The notes under the pieces: generated by a model | Told to the model about the DNA's origin: nothing | The model's database searches: none | Seen by the model: the letters and a program-made list of their open reading frames with translations, nothing else | Shown: piece by piece, positions 36,337 through 47,263 of the stretch | Position numbering within the stretch: the stretch's first letter is position 1 | Layout: each line of letters begins with the position of its first letter | Translations under genes and position numbers: made by a program | Assembly: GCA_963725865.1 (NCBI GenBank) | Contig: CAVSAC010000012.1 | Location: 896,001-960,000, forward strand | DNA from: Candidatus Eiseniibacteriota bacterium | GTDB lineage: Bacteria > Eisenbacteria > RBG-16-71-46 | Direction: 5' to 3' | DNA: 64,000 nucleotides

Positions 36337-37295
36337 TGGGAATGGTGTTGGTGACGGCTTGCGCCGGATGCAGTCCGCGGAACCCGGTGAAAGTGGAAGC
36401 GCCGTGCCGAGATGTTGAATGGCAAGTGGCGAACCAATGGGACCCGGCCTGGTCCCCTGAGGGCGACCGCATTGCGGTCGTGAGCGCCTACGATGGCTTG
36501 GGTGCGTTCGCCCCAGGGCTATACATTGCCGAACTCCGTATGCGCACCTGGACCCGCATCGAGGACTTCCAGAACATGGGGTTTGGTGTCTGGGATATCT
36601 CGTGGGCGCCCGATGGGCGGCGACTCCTGATGTGGGCAAATGGGGCCCTTGGGTCGTTCGATCTGCGCGATCGGACGTGGCAGCCACTGATCGCGGCGTC
36701 CTACCCAAAGTGGATTCAGTGGTGGCCGGGACGTGACAGCCTTTGCTGGTGGGCGGATGACAACAGCGGTTTCTACACGATCGACCTCGGAACCGGCGAG
36801 GTCGGGCGGTTCGTAGTGGATGACACGATCTCGTACCTGGGGGGTGGCGATCAGATCGCGTTCCCGAGGGACGGGAGCAAGCTCGTCTGGAGTGAGGGGA
36901 TCCCCGATCCAGACGGGCAGCATCCAGACGTGCGCGAGCTCTTCATGGTTGGCGCGGACGGTCGTGGACGAGGCCAACTCACCTTCCTCGGGGGCAATGC
37001 CCGGAATCCGCAATGGGTGCGTGGGGATCGCGAGATCATCTTCGATTTCGCTCCCCACGACTGCGCCTACGTCGAGCACCCGATGCGCCACACCTGGAGC
37101 ATCAACCCCGACGGTTCGAATCCGCACCAGTGGCCCTATGACCTCGGCGATTCGCGGGTGCAGTTCGGGTATCCCCCGGCCATCGATCCGACGGGGGAGA
37201 AGGTAGCGTTCATCGCTCTCGATCCGTCCACGGGCAAGGGGTCGCTCTACACGATGGACATCGATGGGCGGAATCGGCGGCGGGTGATGAAGTGA
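36321..37295 (+). CDS. TolB/PD40-like beta-propeller lipoprotein (paralog 1)
   Basis: Lipobox-like ACAGC; repeated WSP/WAPDG blades; start codon uncertain because it lies in the IS end. Confidence 0.75.
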   Translation: MRPLLVGMVLVTACAGCSPRNPVKVEAPCRDVEWQVANQWDPAWSPEGDRIAVVSAYDGLGAFAPGLYIAELRMRTWTRIEDFQNMGFGVWDISWAPDGRRLLMWANGALGSFDLRDRTWQPLIAASYPKWIQWWPGRDSLCWWADDNSGFYTIDLGTGEVGRFVVDDTISYLGGGDQIAFPRDGSKLVWSEGIPDPDGQHPDVRELFMVGADGRGRGQLTFLGGNARNPQWVRGDREIIFDFAPHDCAYVEHPMRHTWSINPDGSNPHQWPYDLGDSRVQFGYPPAIDPTGEKVAFIALDPSTGKGSLYTMDIDGRNRRRVMK

Positions 37296-38302
37296 CGCGT
37301 CGGGTGGCCGCGTCGGTGGTGCTGATGGGCTTGCTGGGGTGCGGTGGGCGTCATCACGTGGTCGCACGCGGTCCGGCGCCGGAATGCGAGCTCATCACGC
37401 CAGTCAGGGTCGAACTATCGTGTCCGACTTGGGCCCCGACCGGTGACAGCCTCGCCATCATCAGCTCGCGGAATGATCTCGGGAAGCCAGCACCTGGGCT
37501 CTACATCGTGTCCTGGACCTCAGGTCGGGCACGGCGCGTGCTGGATGCGAGCAGCTTGTCCGGGGTCTATGAGCTGCAGTGGTGCCCGACCGGTCGACGA
37601 CTGGCGGTGTGGAAGGGAAACGACATGTGGCAGCTCGACCTCGACCCCGTCCTCTGGAGCCGAGTGTCGGATGGAATCCACCCGGCCGCCTTCCCCAGTT
37701 GGAGCCCCGATGGCGAGTGGCTCTACTACACCCGTTGGCCGCTCGACACCGAGCCGATCGAGTCCGGCGGGCTCTACGTCTACGACCGCGTATTGCGAGT
37801 CACCCACCAGCTGGTGTCTCGCGAGGGCGTACCGATCTGGCCCGCGGCGCGGGTGACCTTTTCGCCCGATGGGAACTGGATGGCCTTCCCGTCCGCCGTC
37901 CCGGGCCCGGACCCTGCTGTCGCGAGCGTCTTCGAGTTGGTGGTCATCCGTCGCGACGGCACCGGCCCCCGGCAGTTGACCGAAATGGGCGGGCAGGTCG
38001 GAAGCCCGCAGTGGCTGCCCGACGGGCGCAGCATCGAGTTCGACTTCGTGCAGAACGAGTGCCTCGAGCTCGGCTACTCCCCGCGACATACATGGAGCGT
38101 CGGTACGGATGGCTCCGATCTTCACCGCTGGTCCTACGATCTCAACGACCCGCTCGTCGAGGGCTACCCTCCGCCTTCGATCGATCGAGTACATCGACGC
38201 GTGGCCTATGTCGGGACGGTCTCCGGCGTCGGCCCCGGGAGCCTTTACGTGATGCAGATCGATGGCCGGATCGTTCGGAGGCTGTTCCCCATCAGCCGAT
38301 GA
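37292..38302 (+). CDS. TolB/PD40-like beta-propeller lipoprotein (paralog 2)
   Basis: GTGA overlap; lipobox LLGC; PSWSPDG, FSPDG and WLPDG blades; similar to paralog 1. Confidence 0.8.
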   Translation: MTRRVAASVVLMGLLGCGGRHHVVARGPAPECELITPVRVELSCPTWAPTGDSLAIISSRNDLGKPAPGLYIVSWTSGRARRVLDASSLSGVYELQWCPTGRRLAVWKGNDMWQLDLDPVLWSRVSDGIHPAAFPSWSPDGEWLYYTRWPLDTEPIESGGLYVYDRVLRVTHQLVSREGVPIWPAARVTFSPDGNWMAFPSAVPGPDPAVASVFELVVIRRDGTGPRQLTEMGGQVGSPQWLPDGRSIEFDFVQNECLELGYSPRHTWSVGTDGSDLHRWSYDLNDPLVEGYPPPSIDRVHRRVAYVGTVSGVGPGSLYVMQIDGRIVRRLFPISR

Positions 38303-38492
38303 GCTCGCTCGCACGGCGACTCAGGGCCCTCGCCGCGCGCCGGTGCCGGGCCCAAATGCACGCTCCAGTCCGCTCTCCGAGTTGCCGATGGACCCGGGGA
38401 ATCGTGCCGCGCTAACCTGCGCGCGGTGCCATCGCCGAGAGCCACCGCCGCGACGGCGTCCCACGACGCCAGCGCTCCACGGGAGGGAAGCC

Positions 38493-40388
38493 ATGAGCGA
38501 TCCGAAGCCGATCACCGCGCACGTCTCCGAGCAGGAGGCGCGCGCTGTCGCCGAGGCCTCGCGCGAGACCACCTGGGAGGCGCCGTCGTTCGTCCGCGAG
38601 CTGTTCCTCGGGCGACTCGACCTGCACCTGATCCACCCCTACCCGGAGCCGGACCGCGAGGAGCAGCAGCGCGCGGCCGCGTTCCTCGCGACGCTCGAGC
38701 GCTTCGTGCGCGAGCACGTCGATGCCGAGCGCATCGAGCGCGAGGACCGCATCCCGCAGGACGTGGTCGACGGGCTCAAGGCGATGGGCGCGTTCGGCAT
38801 CAAGATTCCGCGCGAGTACGGCGGGCTCGGGCTCTCGCAGTACACCTACTGCAAGGCGATGTCGCTGATCAGCTCGGTGAGCTCACCGATCGTCGCGCTG
38901 CTGTCGGCGCACCAGTCGATCGGCGTGCCGGGGCCGGTCAAGATGTTCGGCACCGAGGAGCAGAAGAAGCGCTTCCTGCCGCGACTCGCCCAGGGCGCGG
39001 TGTCGGCGTTCGCGCTCACCGAGAACGAGGTGGGCTCGGATCCCGCGCGCATGACCACCACCGCGATCCCGACCGCCGACGGCAGCGCGTACGTCCTGAA
39101 CGGCTCGAAGCTGTGGATCACCAACGGCACCGTCGCGGAGCTGATGGTGGTGATGGCGCGCACGCCGGGCAAGGACGGCAAGCCGGGGCCGATCAGCGCG
39201 TTCATCGTGGAGTCGGCGTGGCCCGGGGTCGAGGTCACGCACCGGCTGCAGTTCATGGGCATCCGCGGGATCGAGAACGCGGTGCTCAAGTTCACGAACG
39301 TGCGGGTGCCGAAGGAGAACCTGCTGTGGGGCGAGGGCAAGGGCCTCAAGCTCGCGCTCATCACGCTCAACACCGGCCGCCTCACGCTGCCGGCGACGAT
39401 GGCGGCGGCGGGCAAGTGGTGCCTCGGCGTCTGCCGCGCGTGGGCGAACCACCGCGTCCAGTGGGGCAAGGCGGTCGGCAAGCACGAGGCGGTCGGCGCG
39501 ATGCTCGCCAAGATGACCGCCGACACCTACGCGATGGAGGCGGTGAGCGACCTCGGCACGCTGCTCGCCGACCGCGGCAAGAGCGACATCCGCCTCGAGG
39601 CGGCGATCGCCAAGCTGTGGAACACCGACGTGGCCTGGCAGCTGGTGGACGACGCGCTCCAGGTGCGCGGCGGGCGCGGCTACGAGACCGCCGCGTCGCT
39701 GGTCTCGCGCGGCGAGGCGCCGGTGCCGCTCGAGCGGCTGCTGCGCGACGTGCGCATCAACCGCATCTTCGAGGGCTCGAACCAGGTGATGCGCCTGTTC
39801 ATCGCGCGCGAGGCGCTCGACGTGCACCTGAAGGTGGCGGGCGACGTGGTGATGCCGGGCGTGCCGCCGGCCAAGCGGCTCGCGGGGCTCGTGCGATCGG
39901 TCCTGTTCTACGCCGCGTGGTACCCGAGCCGCTGGCTGGGCTGGGGCTGGTGGCCGGCGTACGGCGAGTTCGGCCCGGTGGCAACGCACCTGCGCTACGT
40001 CGAGCGCACCTCGCGCCGGCTCGCGCGCCAGCTGTTCCACCTGATGGTCACGCAGGGGCCGGCGCTCGAGAAGCGCCAGGGCCTGCTGTTCCGCTGCGTG
40101 GACATCGGCGCGGAGCTGTACGCGATGGCGGCGGTATGCGCGCGCGCGCGCCGCGACGTGCTGGCGAACGCGGTCGACGCGACGCCGTACGAGGTGGCGG
40201 CCGCGTTCTGCCGCGCGTCGCGCCGGCGGGTCGAGGCGCTGTTCGAGGCGGTGCGCGACAACGACGACGTCGAGCAGTACGCCGTCGCGCGCGCGTTCCT
40301 CGACGGGCGCTACACGTGGCTCGAGCGCGGGATCGTCGAGGCCGAGACCGAGGCGCCGCCGGCGCCGCGCGAGGCCCGGCAGGCCTGA
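38493..40388 (+). CDS. Acyl-CoA dehydrogenase
   Basis: [27 protein letters not shown] and RINRIFEGS motifs; GGGAGG RBS. Confidence 0.93.
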   Translation: MSDPKPITAHVSEQEARAVAEASRETTWEAPSFVRELFLGRLDLHLIHPYPEPDREEQQRAAAFLATLERFVREHVDAERIEREDRIPQDVVDGLKAMGAFGIKIPREYGGLGLSQYTYCKAMSLISSVSSPIVALLSAHQSIGVPGPVKMFGTEEQKKRFLPRLAQGAVSAFALTENEVGSDPARMTTTAIPTADGSAYVLNGSKLWITNGTVAELMVVMARTPGKDGKPGPISAFIVESAWPGVEVTHRLQFMGIRGIENAVLKFTNVRVPKENLLWGEGKGLKLALITLNTGRLTLPATMAAAGKWCLGVCRAWANHRVQWGKAVGKHEAVGAMLAKMTADTYAMEAVSDLGTLLADRGKSDIRLEAAIAKLWNTDVAWQLVDDALQVRGGRGYETAASLVSRGEAPVPLERLLRDVRINRIFEGSNQVMRLFIAREALDVHLKVAGDVVMPGVPPAKRLAGLVRSVLFYAAWYPSRWLGWGWWPAYGEFGPVATHLRYVERTSRRLARQLFHLMVTQGPALEKRQGLLFRCVDIGAELYAMAAVCARARRDVLANAVDATPYEVAAAFCRASRRRVEALFEAVRDNDDVEQYAVARAFLDGRYTWLERGIVEAETEAPPAPREARQA

Positions 40389-40487
40389 CGCTCCGACCTC
40401 CACGAGGACTGCAGGTGTCCGCGTCGGGGCGCTGCCCGGACGGGAGTTAGCGGGTGAGTGCTACCGCCGTCCGGGCGCAAACCGCCG

Positions 40488-40516
40488 TTGCCCCCCGGGC
40501 GGGCGTGAGGCACAAT
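40488..40516 (+). promoter_or_regulatory. Putative sigma-70 promoter for the ftsK operon
   Basis: TTGCCC-N17-CACAAT. Confidence 0.45.
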
Positions 40517-40650
40517 GCGTCCCGACTGCCCGCCAGGGAGGCGGGTGAGCGGACCCGTGGTCGTCCTGCCGCCGGGTCCGTCCCGGATGCGGTGCGGGTG
40601 GGATCCCGCCAATGCGTCCACCATCCGCAGGACATTCCCTCCAGAATCGC

Positions 40651-42952
40651 GTGGCCCAATCCATCTCGGCTGACCGTCAACGCCAGGTGCTCGCACTGCT
40701 GCTCGGCGCCCTCGCCGTGCTGACCGCCGCGAGCGTCGGTACCTTCGAACCCGCGCTGCCCGGCTACGCGCCGTGGACGGCCGCCAACGCGTGCGGCCCG
40801 GTGGGGGCCACGCTCGCGTTCGGGCTGGTGTGGGCGCTCGGGCGGATGGCCGCCTTCGGGGTTCCGGTGCTGGCCGGGGTGTGGGCGTGGAACCGGCTGC
40901 GCAACGCCGACGTCCGCCCGCTGGCGGTCACCTCGCTGGTGGGCGTGCTGCTGGTGTTCGAGGTGTGCACGCTGCTCGGGCTCGGCGGGCTCGACCGCTG
41001 GGTGCTGGCGGGCGGCTGGGGATTCGCCGCGGGGCTGGCGCTCCACTCGGCGCTCGGCGCGGTGGGCTCGTGGATCGTCGCGGGCACGCTGTTCGCGGCC
41101 ACCGCGCTGCTCGCGAGCGAGCTGGGCTTCCACTGGATCGCGCGGCTGTTGCACCACGCGGTGGTGTCGCCCGCGCGCGGCGCGGCCGGCGCGCTCGGCG
41201 CGTGGCGCGAGCAGCAGGCCAAGGCGCAGAAGGCGCGCGCCCGGGAGCGGACCAAGCCGCGCGTGGTGCGGGCCGAGGCCGCGGCGGGCGAGGGTGCGAC
41301 CCGCGCGCGCGGCGCGACCGCGGTGGCGCTCGCCGAGCCCGAGGACGACGAGCCGAGCGAGGAGGAGAAGCAGGGCCAGGCCCGCCTGCCGCTCGGGCTG
41401 CCGCGCATCGCGCGCCCGAGGGCCCCGCGCCCGGCGACGGCCCGGGGTGCGACCAACGGCGCGGCGGACGGCCGCGGAGGAGTTCCCTTCGCTGTCGCTG
41501 CTCGGGATGCCGACCCAGCCCGAGGACCTCATCACCGCGACCGACCTGACCGCCGAGGCGAACCTGCTCACCGCCAAGCTCGCGGACTTCGACATCCACG
41601 GCCGCGTCAGCGAGATCCACCCGGGGCCGGTGGTGACCACGTTCGAGTTCGAGCCCGCGGCGGGCGTGAAGGTCAACCAGATCGTCTCGCGCGAGGACGA
41701 CCTGGCGCTCGCGCTGCGCGCGCAGCGCATCCGCATCCTGGCGCCGATCCCGGGCAAGGGAGCGGTCGGGGTCGAGATCCCGAACCGCCGCCGGCGCACC
41801 GTGTACCTGCGCGAGGTGCTGTCGAGCCCGCAGTACGAGACCAGCGACGCCGCGCTCAAGATGCCGCTCGGCGTCGACGTGGTGGGGGTGCCGTTCGTCG
41901 GGGACCTCACCAGGATGCCGCACGTGCTGATCGCCGGCGCGACCGGCTCGGGCAAGAGCGTGTGCCTGAACGCGGTCATCACCGGGCTGCTCTACCAGCA
42001 CGGTCCGCGCTCGCTGCAGATGGTGATGGTGGATCCCAAGATGCTCGAGCTGTCCGCGTACAACGGGATCCCGCACCTGGTGATGCCGGTGGTGACCGAG
42101 CCCAAGCGCGCCAGCCGCGCGCTGCGCTGGGCGGTCTCCGAGATGGAGAAGCGCTACAAGCTGATGGCGACCTGCGGCGCGCGGAACATCGCCGCGTACA
42201 ACGAGAAGGTCGCCACCGGCCAGGTGCCGGCCGCGCCCGGCATCGGCGGCGTGGAGGGCGCGCTGCCCGAGCGGCTCTCGTACGTGGTGGTGGTGATCGA
42301 CGAGCTCGCCGACCTGATGCTCACCGCGCCGGCCGAGATCGAGGAGCCGATCGCGCGGCTCGCGCAGATGGCGCGCGCGGTCGGCATCCACCTGGTGCTC
42401 GCGACGCAGCGGCCGTCGGTCGACGTCATCACCGGCGTCATCAAGGCGAACTTCCCCTCGCGGATCGCGTTCCAGGTCGCGAGCAAGACCGACTCGCGCA
42501 CGGTGCTCGACATGAACGGCGCCGAGAACCTGCTCGGTCATGGCGACATGCTGTTCACGCCCGCCGGCCGGCCCGAGCCCTACCGCATCCACGGCGCGTA
42601 CGTCTCCGAGGAGGAGACCGCGCGCGTGGTGGAGTTCTGGAAGGCGAAGGCGAATCCCGCCGCGGTCGCGCCGCTGGCGGTCGAGCCGACGATGGTCGAG
42701 GCCGAGGAGGAGTCCGAGGGCGGCGGGGACGGCTTCGACGACGAGCTGCTGAAGGAGGCCGCGCGGCTGGTGGTCGCGCACCAGCAGGGCTCGACCTCGC
42801 TGCTGCAGCGCCGACTCAAGGTGGGCTACTCGCGCGCCGGCCGGCTCATGGACCAGCTCGAATCGCTCGGCGTGGTCGGGCCCTTCCAGGGCAGCAAGGC
42901 GCGCGACGTGCTCGTCGACGAGCATTGGCTGGAGGACCGAGGGTTCGAGTGA
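40651..42952 (+). CDS. ftsK: DNA translocase FtsK (apparent +1 frameshift near 41465-41475)
   Basis: N-terminal 4TM domain in one frame; motor domain (GPVVT, PHVLIAGATGSGKS, IDELADLM, ATQRPSVDV) and gamma domain (LQRRLKVGYSRA) in the next frame. Confidence 0.92.
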
Positions 42953-44343
42953 AGCCACCGCGCCCGGCCGTCCGACCGCCCACGCTCGCCTTCGTCACCC
43001 TCGGGTGCCCGAAGAACACCGTGGACTCCGAGAGCATGCTCGGCCTGTTCGTGCGGGCAGGCTACCGCACGGTCGCCGACCCGGCCGAGGCCGACGTCGC
43101 GGTGGTGAACACCTGCGCGTTCCTGACCAGCGCGGTGCGCGAATCCAAGGAGGCGATCGCCGCGGTCGCGCAACTGAAGCGCGACGGCCGGCTGAAGGCG
43201 CTGCTGGTCACCGGCTGCCTCGCGCAGCGCGCGGGCGCGGGACTGCTCGAGGAGTTCCCGCAGGTCGACGCGGTGCTCGGCACCGGGCAGTGGCGCGAGG
43301 TGGTGCAGGCGGCCGGCCACGTGCTGGGCGGCGGCCACGAGCGGGTCGTGCACACCGAGTACCCGGGCGGCGCCCTCGACGTGCTCGCGCCGCGCGCGCT
43401 CTCGACCCCGCGCCACCTCGCGTACCTCAAGATCAGCGAGGGCTGCGACCATCGCTGCACGTTCTGCATCATCCCGCGGCTGCGCGGCGACCAGAAGAGC
43501 CGCACGATCGAGTCGCTGGTCGCGGAGGCCGAAGCCCTCGCGCGCCAGGGGGTGCGCGAGCTGAACCTGATCGGGCAGGACACCACCGGCTACGGCACCG
43601 ACCTGCCGGGCAGGCCGACGTTGGCCGACCTGCTGGCGGCGCTCGATCAGGTCGAGGGCCTCCACTGGATCCGCGTCCAGTACACCTACCCGCGCCTGTG
43701 GGACGACCGCCTGATCGCGACGTGGGCGCGCGCGAAGCGGGTGGTGCCCTACGTGGACATGCCGCTGCAGCACATCGCCCAGGACATGCTGCGCACCATG
43801 GGACGCGCGATGACCGAGCGTCAGACCCGCGCTCTGGTGAAGCGGATCAAGGCCGGGATCCCGGGGGTGGCGTTCCGGACCAACTTCATCGTCGGCTTCC
43901 CCGGCGAGACCGAGGAGCATTTCGCGACCCTCGAGCGCTACGTCGAGGAGGAGGGCTTCGACCACCTGGTGGTGTTCACGTATGAGCGGGAACCGGAGAC
44001 CCCTTCCTATAGTATGACCCCCCGGGTGCCAGTGGCCGCGCGGCGCAGCCGCCGGGCGCGTCTGCTGGCCCTGCAGCAGCGGTCGGCCCGCGAACGCCTG
44101 CGCCGGCGCATCGGCGACGTCATCCCGGTCCTGATTGACGGCCCGGCCGGACACGGCCAGTATGCCGCCCGCACCGCGGGTTCCGCCTGGGAGGTCGACG
44201 GCGGAGTCGTGGTGGAAGGGGAGCACCTGCAGCCGGGGACATTGGTGAAGGTGCGGGTCACGGGGGCGGCCGCCTACGATCTGTTCGCCCGCGTGGAGCG
44301 CCCGGAGCCCGTGATGCTGAACCTGTCGAAAGGACCAGCTTGA
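42949..44343 (+). CDS. rimO: Ribosomal protein S12 methylthiotransferase
   Basis: LGCPKNTVDSE; radical SAM motif CDHRCTFC in YLKISEG context; C-terminal TRAM domain; GTGA overlap. Confidence 0.95.
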   Translation: MKPPRPAVRPPTLAFVTLGCPKNTVDSESMLGLFVRAGYRTVADPAEADVAVVNTCAFLTSAVRESKEAIAAVAQLKRDGRLKALLVTGCLAQRAGAGLLEEFPQVDAVLGTGQWREVVQAAGHVLGGGHERVVHTEYPGGALDVLAPRALSTPRHLAYLKISEGCDHRCTFCIIPRLRGDQKSRTIESLVAEAEALARQGVRELNLIGQDTTGYGTDLPGRPTLADLLAALDQVEGLHWIRVQYTYPRLWDDRLIATWARAKRVVPYVDMPLQHIAQDMLRTMGRAMTERQTRALVKRIKAGIPGVAFRTNFIVGFPGETEEHFATLERYVEEEGFDHLVVFTYEREPETPSYSMTPRVPVAARRSRRARLLALQQRSARERLRRRIGDVIPVLIDGPAGHGQYAARTAGSAWEVDGGVVVEGEHLQPGTLVKVRVTGAAAYDLFARVERPEPVMLNLSKGPA

Positions 44344-45089
44344 TGCGAGTGTGGCTTGCCGTGGCGGTGACCGGGTTCCTGATGCTGCCCGCCGCTGCCC
44401 ATGCCAAGAAGTTCCGTTACTCCAGCGGTCCCAAGGCTCCCGCCGACACGGTGTTCTCCGAGTCCCAGGTCGAGATCCAGCCGATCGTGCGACCGCGCGG
44501 CCCGCGCGTGCCCGCCACCAACCTGCAGATGATCGGGATGGTCGCCCACACCGCCTACGAACGCGCGCTCGTGAGCGCGCCGGTCGACACCGGCGCGCAC
44601 GTGGTGCTGGCGCCGGCCGAGAGCCATCCGCTGAACTTCGTGATCGAGCACGCGCTGCTGCGCCAGCTCGCCCGGCGCGGGGTGACGACGACGGTGCGGC
44701 GCTCGCTGATCCCCGACGACAGCCTCGCCACGATCGGCGGAACGTCCGCCGACCCGGTGCTCGAGTACCAGCTCGCGACCGCGCGCGTCAGCTACCTGCG
44801 GCTCGTCGGCTGGCTGCCCGGACGCGTGAAGATCGAGCGCCAGGCGCTGGTCGAGGGCACGCTCACGCTCCGCGATCCGCGCGACGCGCGCGTGCTGTGG
44901 ACCGGCGACGCCTCCTACAGCCTGGTGGACGCGTTCTCGCGCGGGTCGGTGTCGCAGGTCGAGGACGCGCGCTTCACGGACCTGAAGGCCGAGGTGCCGC
45001 AGCGCAACGTCGACAAGGTGATGGAGCCGGTGATCGTGGTCAGCGTGGTCGCCGGGCTGGTCGCCCTGTTCTTCCAGAACCGCCCGTGA
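44343..45089 (+). CDS. Hypothetical exported protein with C-terminal TM helix
   Basis: Signal peptide; C-terminal EPVIVVSVVAGLVALFF; overlaps both neighbours. Confidence 0.7.
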   Translation: MRVWLAVAVTGFLMLPAAAHAKKFRYSSGPKAPADTVFSESQVEIQPIVRPRGPRVPATNLQMIGMVAHTAYERALVSAPVDTGAHVVLAPAESHPLNFVIEHALLRQLARRGVTTTVRRSLIPDDSLATIGGTSADPVLEYQLATARVSYLRLVGWLPGRVKIERQALVEGTLTLRDPRDARVLWTGDASYSLVDAFSRGSVSQVEDARFTDLKAEVPQRNVDKVMEPVIVVSVVAGLVALFFQNRP

Positions 45090-45922
45090 CGCGCCCGCTC
45101 CCGCCGTCGCGCGCGACGCGCCTGGCGGCCGCCGCCCTGCTGGCGCTGGCGCTCGCCGGCTGCGGTGCCGCGACGCTGCCCCAGGTGCACTCCGAGAGCG
45201 AGCGGCTCGCGAACGCGAAGCTCCTCATGGGGCGGCGCGAGTGGGGGCTGGCCACCGAGCTGCTGAAGACCTACGTCCAGAACAACGGCGGCTCCGCGCG
45301 GGTCGACGAGGCGCTCTTCCTGCTCGGCGAGTGCGAGGTGCGCTCGAAGGACTGGGCGGCGGCGCAGACCGACCTCGAACGGCTGCTGCGCGACTTCCCC
45401 GAGAGCGACTCCGCCGCGGCGGGCGCGTACATGCTGGGTGAGGCCTACTGGGGCGAGGCGCGGGGTCCCGACTTCGACCAGGAGGGCTCCCGCAAGGCGC
45501 TCGCGCAGTGGCAGGCCTACCTGCGCAGCTACCCGGACGACGCGCGCGCGGAGCTGGGACGCCGGCGGGTGCTGGAGGCGCGCACGCGGCTGGCGCAGAA
45601 GACCCTCGCCACCGCCGACCTCTACCTGAAGATGGGCTACACGGTGCCGGCCCGCCTCTACTACTCACGGCTGGCCGCGGACTACCAGGACGTCCCGCTG
45701 GTCGGCGACGCGCTGCTGGGGCTGGCGATGTGCGACGCACGCGAGGGCCACCGGGATCCGGCGGTCGCCGCGCTGCGCGAGCTGGAGACGAAGTTCCCCG
45801 GCACGCCGCTCGCCGCCCGCGCCGCCCGCGAGCGCGCGCGCGTCGAGGCGGGCCGCGTCAAGATCACCCGCGCGCCCAAGCCGATCCCCAAGCCGGAGAG
45901 CGCCGCCGGCGTCGGGCCATGA
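45086..45922 (+). CDS. bamD: Outer membrane assembly lipoprotein BamD
   Basis: Lipobox LAGC; TPR repeats; DFDQ motif; ADLYLK segment. Confidence 0.8.
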   Translation: MTRPLPPSRATRLAAAALLALALAGCGAATLPQVHSESERLANAKLLMGRREWGLATELLKTYVQNNGGSARVDEALFLLGECEVRSKDWAAAQTDLERLLRDFPESDSAAAGAYMLGEAYWGEARGPDFDQEGSRKALAQWQAYLRSYPDDARAELGRRRVLEARTRLAQKTLATADLYLKMGYTVPARLYYSRLAADYQDVPLVGDALLGLAMCDAREGHRDPAVAALRELETKFPGTPLAARAARERARVEAGRVKITRAPKPIPKPESAAGVGP

Positions 45923-46536
45923 GACGGCTGGGCGTCTTCGGCGGCACCTTCGATCCGCCGCACGTCGGCCACCTGGCGCTGGCGGAGTGGGCGCGCGAGG
46001 CGCTGCGCCTCGATCGCGTGCTGTTCGTGCCCGCCGGCCGCCCGCCGCACAAGCGACGCGCGGACCTCTCGAGCCCCGCCGACCGCCTGGCGATGACTCG
46101 CGCGGCGGTGCGCGGCCATCCCGCGTTCGCGGTCTCGGCACTCGAGGCGCGCCGCCGCGGCCCGTCGTTCACCATCGACACGCTGCGCACGCTGCACGCG
46201 CACCACCCGGACGTGGAGCTGGTGCTGCTCATGGGCGCCGACAGCCTCGACGAGTTCGAGAGCTGGCGCGAGCCCGACGAGATCGCGCGGCTCGCGACGC
46301 TGGCGGTCGCGATCCGCCCCGGCGCCCGGCGGCCACGGCCGCGCGCCGGCTGGCGGCTGCGGTGGCTCGACAACCCGGGGCTCGCGGTGTCCTCGAGCGC
46401 GCTGCGCGCGCGCGTGCGCTCCGGGCGCTCCGTTCGCTTCCTGGTGCCCGACGCGGTGGCGCGCGTGATCGCGCGGCGCGGGCTCTACCGCGTACCCGCC
46501 CGGCGCGCCCCGCGCGCCGCCGGGAGCCACCCGTGA
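45919..46536 (+). CDS. nadD: Nicotinate-nucleotide adenylyltransferase
   Basis: GVFGGTFDPPHVGH, PPHK, LMGADS and VSSS motifs. Confidence 0.95.
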   Translation: MRRLGVFGGTFDPPHVGHLALAEWAREALRLDRVLFVPAGRPPHKRRADLSSPADRLAMTRAAVRGHPAFAVSALEARRRGPSFTIDTLRTLHAHHPDVELVLLMGADSLDEFESWREPDEIARLATLAVAIRPGARRPRPRAGWRLRWLDNPGLAVSSSALRARVRSGRSVRFLVPDAVARVIARRGLYRVPARRAPRAAGSHP

Positions 46537-47255
46537 CCTACCAGCCGCGCGAGTTCTGGGACCAGCGCCTGCGCGAGCAGTTCGACCTGCGCGGCACCGG
46601 CGAGACCGGGCTCTCGCTGGCGTACAACCGCGCCTGCTACGCCCTGCGTCGCGAGGTGCTCGACGCCGCGCTCGCCGCGGAGCGGTTCGACCCGCGCGGC
46701 CGGCGGGTGCTCGACGTGGGCTGCGGAACCGGGTTCTTCACCGCCTACTACCTGGACCGCGGCGCGCGGGTCACCGGCATCGACATCGCGCCCACCTCGG
46801 TCGAGCGCCTGCGGCAGCGCCATCCCGACGCGACCTTCGTGCTCGGCGACGTGAGCGAGACCGCGATCGAGGGGCGCTACGACCTGGTGAATGCGTTCGA
46901 CGTGCTGTACCACGTCACCGACGACGCGCGCTGGGAGACCGCGGTGCGCCATCTCGCGGCGGCGGTCGCGCCCGGCGGCCGGCTGCTGCTCACCGACCTG
47001 TTCGCCTCGATGCCGATGGCGGAGCACAACACGATGCGGCCGCTCGCGCGCTACCGACCGCTGCTCGAGGGCGCGGGGCTCGCGCTGGGGCCGCTGCGTC
47101 CGACCCACGTGCTGCTCAACTCCGAGCTGGGAGCGTTCCGCTTCATGAATCGCCTGCCGGGCGTGCTGCTCGCGCTCGACCGCGGGCTGCTGGGGCTCGG
47201 CGCCGGTCACGGGCCACGCTTCAACAAGCTGCTGGTCGCGCGGCGCGCGGGATAG
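46533..47255 (+). CDS. Class I SAM-dependent methyltransferase
   Basis: VLDVGCGTG and FDVLYHV motifs. Confidence 0.85.
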   Translation: MTYQPREFWDQRLREQFDLRGTGETGLSLAYNRACYALRREVLDAALAAERFDPRGRRVLDVGCGTGFFTAYYLDRGARVTGIDIAPTSVERLRQRHPDATFVLGDVSETAIEGRYDLVNAFDVLYHVTDDARWETAVRHLAAAVAPGGRLLLTDLFASMPMAEHNTMRPLARYRPLLEGAGLALGPLRPTHVLLNSELGAFRFMNRLPGVLLALDRGLLGLGAGHGPRFNKLLVARRAG

Positions 47256-47263
47256 CGGACGCC

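Noticed and set aside
40447..40464. CIRCE element
   Set aside because: Only a right-half-like GAGTGCTAC; no TTAGCACTC nine bases upstream.
40612..44343. 1,243-aa FtsK-N/RimO fusion ORF
   Set aside because: Artefact of the ftsK frameshift; the middle is off-frame sequence, and rimO has its own GTG overlapping the ftsK stop.
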